Shown here: positions 39,801-52,839 of the stretch, piece after piece | How the letters are laid out: every line of letters starts with the position of its first letter | How positions within the stretch are numbered: the first letter of the stretch is position 1 | Assembly: GCF_009914755.1 (NCBI RefSeq) | Contig: NC_060938.1 | DNA: 64,000 bases | Strand: one strand, 5' to 3' | DNA from: the human T2T-CHM13v2.0 reference genome, Homo sapiens | Translations under genes and position numbers: made by a program | Notes under the pieces: model-generated | Databases searched by the model: none | What the model saw: only the letters and a program-made list of their open reading frames with translations | What the model was told of the DNA's origin: nothing

Positions 39801-41487
39801 GGCTCTTTATCTAGCTTGCCATTGTGTGTCTTTTTAATGGGCATTTAGCTCATTTACATTTCAGGTTAATATTGTTACGTACAAATTTGATTCTGTCATC
39901 TCGATGCTAGCTGGTTATTTTGCAGACTTGTTTATGTGGTTGCTTCATGGTGTCACCAGTCTGTGTACTTCAGTGAGTGTTTTGTAGTGGCTGGTAAAGG
40001 TTTTTCCTTTCCATATTTAGTGCTTTCTTCAGGAGCTCTTGGAAGGCAGGCCTGGTGGTGATGAATACCCTCAGCATTTGCTTCTCTTAAAAGAATCTTA
40101 TTTCTCCTTCACTTATGAAGCCTTGTTTAGCCAGCTATGAAATTCTGCATTGGAAATTATTTCCTTTAAGAATGTTGAATATTGGTCCCCAGTCCCTTCT
40201 GGTTTGTAAGGTTTCCACTGAGAGGTGTGCTGTTAGTCTGATGGGCTTCCCTTTGTAGGTGACCTGGCCTTTCTCCAAGGCTGCGCTTAACATGTTTCAT
40301 TTCATTTCAGTCTTGGAGAATCTGAGGATTATTTGTCTTGGGGTTGATCTTTTCATGGAATATCTTACTGGGATTCTCTGCATCCCCTGAATTTGGAAGT
40401 TGGCCTGTCTTTTGGAGTTGGGGAATTTCTCCTGGATGATATCCTGAAGTATGTTTTCCAACTTGTTTCCATTCTCCCTGTCTCTGTCAGTTACCTTAAT
40501 CAGTGGTAGGTTTGGTTTCTTTATAAATTCTGTATTTCTCAAAGGTTTTCTTCATTTCTCTTCATTCTTTATTCTCTATTCTTGTCTGCCTGTTTTATTT
40601 CAAAAAGAGTCTTCAAGCTGTGAGATTCTCTCCTCCACTTGATCATACTATTATTGATACCTGTGATTGCATTGTGAAATTCTCCTATTGTGTTTTTCAG
40701 CTCCATCAGGTCAGTTATGTTTCCTCTTTAAACTGGGTATTCTGGCTATCAGCTCCTGTACTGTTTTATTTCAAAAAGAGTCTTCAAGCTGTGAGATTCT
40801 TTCCTCCACTTGGTCTTTCTGCTATTGATACCTATGACTGCATTGTGAAGTTCTCATACTGTATTTTCCAGCTCCATCAGGTCAGTTATGTTTCCTCTCT
40901 AAATTGGCTATTCTGGCTATCAGTTCCTGTATTGTTTTATCATGATTCTTAGGATCTTTCCATTGAGTTACAACATGCTCCTTTAGCTCAGCAAATCCCT
41001 TATTACCCACTGTCTGAAGCCTACTTCTGTCAATTCAACCACCTCAGTCTTAGCCCAGTTCTGTGCCCTTGCTGAAGAGGTATTGTGGTCATTTGGAGGA
41101 GAAGACCCTCTCTGGCTTTTTGAGTTTTCAGCGTTTTTATGTTGATTCTTTCTCATCCTTGTGGGCTTATCTACCTTCAGTCTTTGAGGTTGCTGACCTT
41201 TGAATGGGATTTTCATTGATTTCTGTTTGTTTGTTTTTCTTTAAGAACTCAGCCCACATTTCCTGGGCTGCTGTCATTTGCTAGAGGTCTTCTCCAGACC
41301 ATAGTTGCCTCTTTCTCTTTCCCCCATACCTGGAGCTGTCACCAGTGAAATCTGAAAAACAGCAAAAATGTCAGCCTGCTCCTTCCCCTGGAAGATCCAT
41401 TCCAGGGGTATACTGACCTGTTGCCAGCCAGAACTTGCCTGTAGGAGGTGGCTGGAGACCCAACTGCTTCTTTAAGCAGGTCCCTGC
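36861..41487 (-). mobile_element. L1PA13-15-like LINE-1 with an ORF2 deletion near 39615 and a partial 5'UTR
   Basis: 3'UTR CAGATCATCCCATCACCTAAGTATTAAGCCCAGC; RT peptides ([13 protein letters not shown]; MQGWFNIC...[15 protein letters not shown]); ORF1 peptide NKLENILQDIIQEKFP. Confidence 0.9.
40590..40931. repeat. 171-bp tandem duplication within the L1 ORF1 coiled-coil region
   Basis: CTGTTTTATTTCAAAAAGAGTCTTCAAGCTGTGAGATTC starts at 40590 and again at 40761; the copies differ by roughly 10% by eye. Confidence 0.92.
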
Positions 41488-41837
41488 TTACAAGTGAGAA
41501 GGTTAAGTCATCTGCCAAAGATTGCCAAGATTTGCTCAGCACAAAAGTTTCAGAGCAAATAATTCAAATCTAGATAGAATAAGCTCAAGCCCATGGTTTT
41601 GTCATTAAGTAGTATCCATCACATTTAGTGTCTGGATATTTTCATATATTACCTGGAGAGAGGCCAAAAAATATAGCTTCTACATTTCCTGTAAATGATC
41701 TGAGTTTTCTTATATGCATCTATCAACTGATTGATGACAGGAGGATAGTTGAGCTGAAAGAGGTGTTGGAAGGTAGTACCTTATCAAATGCAGCTTCTAG
41801 CTACTTAATTTCACTTTCAACATTTTGCCAGGAATTT

Positions 41838-42442
41838 TGTTACCTAGTGCCTGATCAAGATGGCATTAACAGTCTCTCAACCTGACTAACCTTTAGACAG
41901 TTGTCTTCCTTACTATCAACCACTGATTTCTTTCCCTAGGATTTACTTGGTATTTTCTCTTTTTTTAGGATTTACTTTACAAGATTTGTTATTGTAAATT
42001 CTTCCTTTTTCTCTTTGAAATGTATGTAACTCTCCCAGCCTGTTGCGAATTTTGCAACCTAAAAAATGTCTTTCTCAATGACCTGAAAACCATCTCTTTG
42101 AAGTGAAAACATCAAAGTAGATAGCATCCCCTATCTCCCAATCTCTGTGGGAGGGAAGGAGCCTAACTTTGATAGGCACAATCAGCAAACACAGATAGCA
42201 TAATCAAAGAGAAAAACATTGCATACTCAGAAACAAGTCTATTTTCTGTACACATTCATTCGTCAACCTCCCTGCAACTTCTGAACATCCTCCAGTACTT
42301 TTCCAGGAGCTCACCCTAGAGGATAAAAACCCTCCCTCTTTTTGATTTAGTAGAGTTGAGTTCAATCTGTCTCTCCCATTATAATGATGTCGAAGAAGAT
42401 CCTTCTTGCCTGTTTAACTTTGGTGCAATTTTTGCTTTGACA
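41838..42442 (+). mobile_element. MER67-family ERV1 solo LTR
   Basis: CTTTAGACAG...AATGTCTTTCTCAATGACCTG...CTCTGTGGGAGGGAAGGAGCCTAACTT...CTTTGACA. Confidence 0.7.
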
Positions 42443-42559
42443 TACTGAATGTTTCTTAGATACTTTTTTGTCCTTTTAGTCATTGCAGATGACATTTTAC
42501 CCAATTTTTTTTCATCACAACATAATATGTGTTATAATTTTCCCAACTTTTCTAACAGT

Positions 42560-43090
42560 TTTCTTACTGCCCACTGCCTGTTTCCACAACAAATGCTACA
42601 TATTTCAGATTTCTTTCTTTCTTTGACAATATCCCATTTCTGGTACCAATTTCTATATCAATCAGCTATATTCATATAATGCTGTGTATCAACTACCTCC
42701 AATTCAGTGACATATTCTTACATTGTTTTATTTTTCCTATTACAGGTTTGCAAGTCAGTTGGAGAGGCTCAGTTTTTGGCTGTGGGTCTGAAGTTCAGCT
42801 TGTGTGACTTTGTTTCAGGATGCAGTTCGGTTAGGCTTGGCTCCAACTTCTAAATCTGTTCCATGTGTGTCATTGGTCTATTGCCTCTGTGGTTTAGCCC
42901 AAATGATAGCAATGACCCAGTATATGTTTTTCTCATGGAAACGCTAGGAGCTCAAAAAGAAAGACCAAATCACCTTCCAAGTTTCTGCCTACATTGCATC
43001 TATTAATATTATAGCAACCAAAGCAAGTCACAGAGCCATGTCTAAAATTGAAGTGTGGGGAAGCACACTCTGCCTACCATAAAAGCATGA
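42560..43090 (-). mobile_element. Old MLT1 (H-K-like) LTR with a short adjoining internal piece
   Basis: CTGGTACCAATTTC LTR/internal boundary; CCAAAGCAAGTCACA...GGGAAGCACACTCTGCC motif. Confidence 0.6.
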
Positions 43091-43406
43091 GCAGTGTGGG
43101 AGTATTTAAGGCTCTTCCAAGGGCCACATTCTATTTCCTACAAAATTGTATTAATATTCACACTGCCACATCCCACTGTCCAAAGCTATAGAAACACGGC
43201 TTCAGTAAACGAAGTTATGTTTATTTAATTTTTAATTTGTTGCAGTGAGGTGGAGCTGAATGACTGTTGGCATCTCAGAAAGAAAGAGTAGAGAGGTGTT
43301 CATTACAGGATTTGGATATGTTCTGGTTAATTCCAAAGAGAATAAGGGAAATCAGAGACAGATTTAGAGTGAATTCTATAGCAAAAAGGAACAATTAAGA
43401 GATAAC

Positions 43407-43805
43407 TTTCACTCGCGTCCTTGTGAAGAGACCAACAAACAGGCTTTGTGTGAGCAACGAGGCTATTTATTACACCTGGGTGCAGGTGGGCTGAGTACAA
43501 AAAGAGAGTCAGGGAAGGGAGACAGGAGTGGGGCCGTTTTATAGGATTTGGGTAGGTAAAGGAAAATTAGTCAAAGGGGGTTGTTCTTTGGTGGGCAGGG
43601 GCAGGGGTCACAAGGTGCTCAGTGGGGGAGCTTTTGAGCCAGGATGAACCAGGAGAAGGAATTTCACAAGGTAATGTCATCAGTTAAGGCAGGAACAGGC
43701 CATTTTCACTTCTTTCATGATTCTTCAGTTACTTCAGGCCATCTGGATGTATACTTGCTGGTCACAGGGGATATGATGGCTTAGCTTGGGCTCAGAGGCC
43801 TGACA
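43407..43805 (-). mobile_element. HERV-H solo LTR (LTR7 family), complete
   Basis: The minus strand starts TGTCAGGCCTCTGAGCCCAAGCTAAGCC and ends GGACGCGAGTGAAA; TATA (CCTATAAAACGGCC) and AATAAA are intact; perfect TSD ATAAC (43402-43406 and 43806-43810). Confidence 0.95.
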
Positions 43806-44494
43806 ATAACATAGATTGGTAACCTACTAAGTTAGTACAACAGGATCAGCATTTTCATTAATAAATGTAGTCACTTACGTTATCTGAAAGTGAAAGACAT
43901 TTAGTTATTTTTGTAGTTACATTGGATTTTATGCCCTAGCCTCAGAGGAAAGAAGGCTTTTACTTCTTTTGATAGGATTGAAAAGGTTCTGGAATTAGTT
44001 AGGGTTTTGTGTCTATACCCCAGCAAGGGGGCTGCGCTTTAGCAAGGGGGCTGCACATTTATGTCTTCTGCCCGTCCTTTCTTTGAGTACCAGGTAAAGA
44101 CTTACAAATAATTCATAAATGAGGACGTCAGTTATATCTGAGACTCCCAGTGATTCCAAACTGTTACTCAAGATCAAATTAGTTGTTTAAAAGTTTATTA
44201 CAATTTTACTTGCTTTTTCATACCCATTTTTCTTGCAATCACCTCTTTCTCTGATGCTTTTCTAAAGGTGAAAGAGTGTCTCTTAAGAAAGGCGTTTTTA
44301 CACCTTTAGAATTTGGTTCAACTAGTTGCCTTGAAACCTCAACTCTCTCATGAGCTCAAAAAAAACTTATCATTTTGGAGATTAGATAGCTTTTTTCTCA
44401 TTGTGGGAGTTCATTCTCTTTGACTTTCTACATCCTAAGCCTCTAATCTACAAAGTATTATTTTCAGAATATAAAAAGTGTTTTAACATTCAGT

Positions 44495-44635
44495 ATGTTT
44501 ATTATCTCTATCACAATCCAATGAATTAGTTCTAATTTTCTCTTTTAAAAATGAGAAGTTTGAGTCTCAGGAATGTTAAGCAATTTGCATTAGGTCAAGC
44601 CATTAATATTTGTTATAGCTGGAATGCAAATCTTG
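44495..44635 (-). mobile_element. MIR fragment
   Basis: TTTTAAAAATGAGAAGTTTGAGTCTCAGGAATGTTAAGCAATTTGC, a MIR core-like sequence. Confidence 0.6.
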
Positions 44636-45926
44636 TTGAAATGTTAATGTAAATTGCACCATACAGTGCTGGCCCTAAATGATCTTTCCAAGCCCTGCTT
44701 CCTCCTTTCTTAAGTACCAGGCTAATCTTTTGCCCACATAAATTTCATTCTCTCAGGTCTTTTACATATTGTTCTTTCTGCCATAGAATGGTCTCTAAAT
44801 TAAAAAGTTTAATATGTACTAAACATGTGTTATATTGTAATTGTGCATTCTTTTACTTAAACAATTTGCCCCAAACTTGATAAGCAGTAGTCTTCACAAA
44901 ACCTTTATCCATCTTTACCAGGAGGTGTTAATTGAAAATTTAATCTGTTAAATTGGTAATACTCATGTAGTTCCTGTTATATAACCATAGCAGGATTATA
45001 TTCAATAGCATAAGTATACATGAAATAAGGAGCTAGTTAAGAGGAGCAATGATAACAGATATTTTTGGTATTCATTTTAGAAGAAAATATATTTTTATTT
45101 TAACGTGTACTGTAATTTACACTCACAGAATGGAATCACTGAAGGACAAAATCACTTTGACATCAAAATATGTCTTGAATATTGTTTTAACTATGTTAGG
45201 ATTATGTTTTAAATGATGGATGTTTTAATACTTTTAGTCTAATTTACTCAATGGAGCAGTCACAGCCTAGTTTAAAAAATATCAAGTGTGGCACTATAGA
45301 TGTTATGAGAATATTTTGTAAAAGAGGAATTGAAGTAAAGTGATCCATCTTGGATCTCTCTTTCAGCTAGGTGATGCTATTATAGTCCTGTCTCTTTATA
45401 ATAGTGATGCTTTCTATAAATGAGAAATAGCATCACAGAGAAGTAAGAGGTTCTTCAGGATCCCTACCAATGACTGCCTCATTGTATGTGTTTAATGATG
45501 CCTGCAGGAAAGCTTACTTACTCTGACAGGATATTTCCATCAGCATCCTTGAGTTGAGAAGAATAAAAGCAAAATGAAGATTATGCTGGCTTTACATTTG
45601 GGTGAAGACCATCTCCTTAGGTACTTGCTTTTTATGTGATATTTTAAAATATAAGTTTTCATGTTATAATTTTCAGTAGGTAGTATATACACATACAAAG
45701 GTGGTAAAAAAAATTCCTTTGAAACCACAAATTAAATATAACCTCTCAGTAAACAATTGTTTTATTTTAAATCCACATTTTTATGATACTTATAGGTTGT
45801 CATATCAATAGCATTAAGTCATCAGATACTGAAAATACCTAAAATGTCCTCCAAGAATAGTAAAAACTTTGTTCTATTTCTCTTTGTGAATTTATTGACT
45901 TAAAGTTTTTGGACAAAAATGTTTTT

Positions 45927-46243
45927 ATTTTATTTCATTTTATTTATTTTATTTTATTTTTTTGAGATGGAATCTCGCTGTGTCCCCCATGCTGGAGTGC
46001 AGTGGCGTGATCTTGGCTCACTGCAAGCTCCGCCTCCCGGGTTCACGCCATTCTCCTGCCTCAGCCTCCTGAATAGCTGGGATTACAGGTGCCCGCTACC
46101 ACGCCCAGCTAATTTTTTGTATTTTTAGTACAGACGGGTTTCATCGTGTTAGCCAGGATGGTCTCCATCTCCTGACCTTGTGATCCGCCCATCTCAGCCT
46201 CCCAAAGTGCTAGGATTACAGGCATGAGCCACCACGCCCGGCC
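45927..46243 (-). mobile_element. AluY with (TTTTA)n tail
   Basis: CTGCAAGCTCCGCCTCCCGGGTTCACGCCATTCTCC and TTAGCCAGGATGG; near-TSD CAAAAA(A)TGTT(T/C)TT. Confidence 0.93.
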
Positions 46244-46789
46244 CAAAAAATGTTCTTAAATAGGGAACTTAGCTATAAATACAGCATCAACATCATTTTT
46301 ATTATCAAGAATATCAGCTGAGTTCTGAACATATTATCTTTACTCTTATAATGATAATAACAATCTATACATGATGATTCAGAACAGAATTAGACACTCT
46401 CAAAAATGTATTGTTTATTAACAAATTCAACCTTATAAAAATATCAGTTATTTTTATAATCTTAGAAATTCTCAATATGTGCCTTATATGGCACAAGGCA
46501 TACAGCAAAGCTGTATTGTAATTCTACGCAGACATTTGGAAAAGTACATTATTGAGTTTGACATGGAAGCCACTAACAGTAGCTTCATTTTTGTAATGTT
46601 GGGAATTAAACGTGGTACAAAGATGAAGATTTTTGCCATATCCTATGTACTTACTTCATTGTTACATGTAAGTCTGGAGCACAGTGATTTCCACTATATC
46701 CTTCAAGCAGATTCTCTACTTTTTAACGTTGTAGAATATTTGCTCTTTATCTCTCTCTTTCTCTCTTTATTTTTTTTGTCCTCTTCTTT

Positions 46790-49240
46790 TACCTTTTTTG
46801 AACTTTTTGAGAAAAAGGCGCAGACATAATGCTTCACTATTTCTAATGTTTCAGCATGTATATCATAAGATTAAGGAAACTATCCTGCAGAACAACCATC
46901 TCTGTTATGAAATTAGTATTGACTCTTTCCACAAGTACAAAACTACTTAGATCAGGTCACGTGATTAAAAGACTTTCTCTAATCTAAAGTTACTAAATTG
47001 ACCTTTTAAATAATAAATACTATAAATATTAAGATACACTTTTCTCAGTAATTTCCATTCACTCATACTAGCATCAGTTGATCATTTTTGCTAGAATGAG
47101 TTTTGGCTGAATTAATTATTTCTGTTTTAATTGACAATTGGTGAATATTTAATTGTAGCATTTCTTCTACATTTTTTAGTTTGCAGTCTATTTTAGGAAA
47201 TGACTTTTCTTTCTTCCTCGTTCATATTGCTGTTGTCTCTTGGATTGCTATTTTATTCATTGGTGTCTTAATTTGTTGCTAACATGATTTATTTGAGAAC
47301 ATTTGGTAAAGAATATCTTCTTAATGGTTGTTGCAAATTTGAGCAATAGGAAGCCTATTTATCTGCTTACCTTTTCCTCTTAGCATGCTCCTATCCTTTG
47401 AGCACTTTATTACTTTCTGTCAAAACATGTTGTTCAGTCTCCCTTGTGCTTCCCTTCTCTGAGACCTGGAATGAGTCATTTCTCTATAAAATCCTGGTTT
47501 GTTTACGTGGGGAATAACATTTACACATGAATTCTGGATCCTAGATGTGCTAATTCAAAATGAGATGTCACTACATAGCACAATTTAGAGGATGGAACCA
47601 GAAAAAATATTTTTTGACAAAACATTGTAAGTTCATACTCACATGGCATATTAAGTCCAGCACCATATTATTTTCCTTACTTTTACTTACATTTCACATC
47701 TGCATCATCCTTCTCCTACAACGAAAACTCTATGTCCATAACACAATAGAGTTACTCATTTGTCCTTTGCTACAAAGCACACAAGAGGACTTTTAATTAC
47801 TACACAAATGCCTTTTTAATAACACATCTATAAAGAACAGTTTAAAAATTCATCAATGTTCCCACTGAGAATGACTATAGTAGTTTTTATAATATTTAAA
47901 TTGGTTGATGTTTAAAAATTCATAAAGTTGTACAATTAAGATTTGTATAGTTTACTATATACAAATTGCTTTGATAAAATATTTTAATAATTTTATTTTA
48001 ATATTTTTTGAGAGATATTATGTTGACAACTTAATATTCAATTAAATCCATGTTTGTGTTTGTTCTTTCAAATTTTTGATCATACAAAATATCAACATAT
48101 TTTCCTAGTCAAAATTATATAAAGGCTATATTTAAAGAAGTCACATTTCTGTCTTTATTCCATTTATGAATCATTTAACTGTTGTTGGGAAGCAATATAA
48201 TTACTTTTTAATTATCATTCTGATTTATTTAAAATAAGCTTCCATGTATATGTGCATATTATTATTCTTTTCTCTCTTATTCACACATATGTAATATCAA
48301 TATGCATCCTTCCTTTTTTCTTTCTTGTATGTATACATGTGTACATGTTTATAGCTAAAAATATAAATATAATATGTATATAGCTTAGATACATTTATTT
48401 TGTAGTAATAAACCCTGTTTTATATGTTGCAAATATTTATCCATTTTATTGAATTTTGCCAATGTTATAATCTTCCTCTTCTTCTTCATCATAAGTTTAA
48501 TGTAATTGAATTTTTTATTGTATTTTTACCTCAGAAGACTTTTCTTCATAGTTATAAATAAATTCTTCAGTATTTCCTTCTAGTTCTTGAATCAATCAGT
48601 CCTTCTTCCTCCTTTATTTGCTTCCTTCCTTTATATTTAGATTACATCTGCATTTTGAGTTTGGTTATATAGCTGCATGTGTGGAACAAATTCTCCAAAA
48701 TTTACCTAGATCCTCCAACACCATTTAATAATATGTCTATTATTTGCACAATGACTTGATATGCCAATTTTACCAAACCCAAACATCCTCATACATTGAT
48801 ATCTGTTTCTGCACTTTTGATTCAGTTTCTTTAGTTTATGTATGCATGCACCATAAACAGTGTTTTAATTATAGAGAATTTGAAGTACGTTTTGATATCA
48901 GACAGAAATAACTCCTATTATTTCGTTTTTTCCACCAATTCCTGCAATGTTCATGTTTTGATAGAAATATAGAAATATATTTGTTTCCCTCAAGAATAAA
49001 ACTTGTTACTGTTATTGTGAAATATATTCAATTCACTTAGGAAAAATTGACATCTTTACAGTGTTAATGCATTCCATCCAAGAACAAAGAATGACTTTTG
49101 ATTTTTGTGTTTTATGAATGTTTTAACATTTTCTTTATTATAGATTTAAATATTTATAAACCTGATTGCAAAGTGTTTTGTCTTTGTTATTTTAAATGTT
49201 TTTTTGCTTATAATATTTAATGTTATATTTGTATGATGAA
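46790..49240 (-). mobile_element. Old L1MC/ME 3'-end and ORF2 remnants
   Basis: TTCAGCATGTATATC...AAGGAAAC, CTGGAATGAGTCATTTCTC and GAAAAATTGACATCTTTAC resemble L1MC4/5 antisense sequence. Confidence 0.55.
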
Positions 49241-49249
49241 CATGGAAAT

Positions 49250-50980
49250 GGGTGAAAAGAAATCCAAAGCTGTATTGTTGAGTGAGTCACTGTCTGATAT
49301 CAAGAGCAACTTGAGATTGATATTGTGATATTTTCTTCCAAGCAGTCTACAACAATTGTATTTCATGGTGGAGAAGGGAAAACACTTATCTACTATCTTC
49401 TGTTTTCTTGGTCAAAATTTCACCCCTCTATGAAAACCCATCTGGCTGCATTTAAATGTGATGAGTATCATTGTGTTAGTTGAGGTCAACATAGAAGTTC
49501 TGGGACTGTAGGCTAAAGGTAAGATACTATCTGGTTGTGCCTAGGTGAAGTTACTTAGAATCCATGTAGAACTGGTAACAGGAACGGGAGGTTACCAAAG
49601 CTGGAAAATACTGTCAAGGCCCTTGTGAAAAGTGAAGGGAAGATGACATGAAGAAAGAAATTTCTGATAGAGTTCACTTCCTTTATCACACAAACTCATT
49701 TTCAATTATATCTAGTTCCCATATTACAACAGAGTGCCTGTATATTAATGGAAACAAGATGCCTACTTCCTGTACAAGAGAAAGGTAAAAGTACAAGTAA
49801 TTATTTTAAAAATGCTAGTTGGCCTCAACTTATTGAAAAACAAAACAAACAAAACAAAAACTAGAAACAGATTCGGTAGTTATAGTTTATGCCGTGGCAG
49901 CTGGTCCCAAGATTATACCTAACATTTGTCACCTTTCTCTTCCATTGTTCTTTCTAGTTTTACTCATCTTTGGTCAGCAGTTTGACTATTCTTGACTGCT
50001 TGTGTAGTAGTAGAACATGACAATTTGCAATTGCCTGTTTACCGTTATCATGGTGCATAGAAATACCAAGAGTCCTACCCATTAATCCCTAGGTTCAAGA
50101 AGAGTCCTTCCTGTCTGTTGGTCTACTAATACCTTTGTTAGGTGAGATAAAAAGCTCAATGGATCTAGTACACAGCCTCATCTTCAAGTTTAGTCAAATA
50201 TTTATTAAGTGTTGGAAAGAATGTTTTACTTTGTAGAAATCATAAACACAAGCTGCTAGAATGTAAGGTTGTGGGCTTAAGAATTTCAAATCCAAGAAAT
50301 GTGTCAGTGGGAATAATGATGGGCAGTCAGTACTATCTTTCCGTCCTGATTCCCGTACCTACATATTCTAGCACCATATGTAGAACCATTTGCAAGTGTT
50401 CAGCAAATATCCAACATCTTGTAATGTGAAAGCCCAACAATTCAGGTTGTTGTGCCTGAATTGGCATCTTATCTGGGCCTTTATTAGGCCATTCCATCAT
50501 AATCAAGTGCATTTGAATTCAAGGTTCATGGTAATATGACATGATATCATGTCAATAACCTATTGTCCCAACTGTTCTTTGGTGTGAGTTAATATTGCAT
50601 GGAATTGCACAGTGATAGAGGAATCATGTTGTAAGTAAAGAGGTGATGTTACAGGAGGCCTCTGTGTAAGGAAGGTAAACCCATATCCAGAGGAGATATC
50701 TGTTAATGATTAATCATTGTCCCTCAAAGGGCTGCAGTATAATCTCCATGCCACTAAATGGCTGACTAGCCTCCTCAAACAAGTAGCCACATGAAAGGCT
50801 CAGCATGCACTCTTCCACCAGCAGGTTGGGCACTTACAGCAGCAGTAGCTAAATAGTTTATTGATGATAAGTAGTCCATATTTTTAGTTCCACATATAGT
50901 CTCATCATTAGTTCATTTTGCCAGCACTGGAAAGCTGAAGAGAGTGGCCTCCTTACATCCAAAGGATGCAAGATGTCTCC
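49250..50980 (-). mobile_element. Degenerate ERV-L internal (integrase region) with a probable LTR piece
   Basis: Near 50640-50800 the minus strand resembles ERV-L integrase 'QPATWWQVDYIGPL...IDTYSGYGFAF'. Confidence 0.5.
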
Positions 50981-50997
50981 CTCATTTTTAAGAACTT

Positions 50998-51400
50998 GTA
51001 CTCATTTTTTGCAGTGTCTGTGATAAATTACCACAAACTTGGTGGTTTAAAACAAAAATTTATTTTCTCACTTTTTTGAAGGACAATTTAGGGAAGGATT
51101 CTTCCCTGACTCCTATAGCTTCTGATGGCTGTTGGCATTCCTTGGCTTCCTTGGTTTCTTGTCACATTGTTAGAATCTCTGTCTTAATCTTCAGGTTGCC
51201 TTTCTCTTCGATGTCTCTTCTCTGTGTTTCCTTCAAAAGTGAATCTGGGCCAATATAGATAATCTAGAATTATTTCATCTCAACATCCTTAATTTATTTT
51301 TCATCTACAAATACCTTTTTCCAAAATAAGGTAGCACTCACAGCCTTCATGAATTTGTCATGTACTTATCATTTTTGAGGCCACCATTCAACCCACTGTA
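50998..51400 (-). mobile_element. MLT1B/C solo LTR
   Basis: AAATTACCACAAACTTGGTGGTTTAAAACA...GCCACCATTCAACCCACTGTA. Confidence 0.8.
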
Positions 51401-52127
51401 TCTGACAAGGGCAAAACATTTCTGGATGAAAACATTGATTTTACCCACATGTCATTCATCTTTTAACAAATCTGAATTAATTGCTTACCAATAATGTCTA
51501 CTTAATTAATTGCTTACTAATAATGTACTAAAATGTTATTTCAGTTTTTTAAATCAATAACATCAAAGAAACATGTACCATATCATAGTCTCAATTATAC
51601 ATCTTCATTACTATATATTCTAAAATGATTATTATAAGATTTGCCATATTTTATTTATGGTATAAATGCAATGTGTTTTAAAGCTCTTATCAATGCTAAG
51701 CTGAAAACTATTGTATTTTATAGTTACAGAGACTTTCTTTTCCTTATTTAGAAATAGCATTATTTTACAAACAGAAATTAGTAAAACCAAACTTCAGTAT
51801 AATTTACTATCCAATGATAGAAATCACTACAAGATTTACAGGGAAATAATTTTAGTGACAATATCACAAATATCTCATATCCTTAATATACATGTCCAAA
51901 TAGAATTTACTTATAAAAAGTCTTTAAATTTCCATCATGTAGAGCTATGTCCTGGTTTTCAATCGTCATTATTATTAAATGTAATTACCTGCTTACATTA
52001 CATTATAATTTGTTAACCTGCCTCAGACTAGAACACATTTTGTTCATCCATGAACAGATACTCATGTTTCCAACGTATTGAAAAAATTTGCATTTTAAAA
52101 TGACTGCTTTTGAAATAGACCTGGAGG

Positions 52128-52421
52128 TGATATGGTTTGGCTGTGTCCTCACCCAAAATTTCATTTTGAATTGTAATCTCCGTAATCCCCACCTGTCCAG
52201 AGTGTCACCAGGTGGTGGTAATTGGATCATGGGGGTGGTTTCCCCCATGCTGTTCAGAACTTTCCCCCCATGCTTTTTTTATTATTATTATTTCTATACT
52301 AGGAGGATTTAATTATTGATTAAGAAATTTTAGTTGAAGTCATATGTGTTGTATTGTTATTTACCCCCTGTATTATTTCTTTCTCAGGCTGCTATGAAGA
52401 AATACCCAAGACTGGGTACTT
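52128..52421. mobile_element. Rearranged THE1D-like LTR: 5' part (+) 52128-52256 and inverted 3' terminus (-) 52369-52421
   Basis: TGATATGGTTTGGCTGTGTCC... on the plus strand; TGTATT...GCTGCTATGAAGAAATACCCAAGACTGGGTA is the LTR 3' end on the minus strand; flanks GGAGG and revcomp(CCCCC) are TSD-like. Confidence 0.85.
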
Positions 52422-52839
52422 TCTCAACTTTCAAATTGAGCTGTTCAGAATGTGTGAAACAATTTTAAGGTAAGGATAAGTTGTCTCATTTTACAGCCTT
52501 TGCTTTTGCTCCTAATTGTCACAGGTAAAAAAAGCAAAGAACATTATAATGGGAAGCAGAAAGAGGACAAATTTTGAGTTTCATAAGTTGTTTGCGTTTT
52601 TGTTTTTACGAGGTAGTACAGTAACTCACAAGAAGTATAAAGCAAAAGAAAATGCAAGGCAGACCTGAGTAAAGGCTGTGTGTTTCTGAAATAGAGAATG
52701 TTACATCCACTGAAAATACTTAGATTGCTTTTTAATTTTTCAGTGTTTATAAAAAAAGGCTCCATGGATGGAAATGTTGAGGAAGTTCATAATGTTTAAG
52801 TCTTATCCACTTACATAATAAGTGCACTGTTGTTATTAG

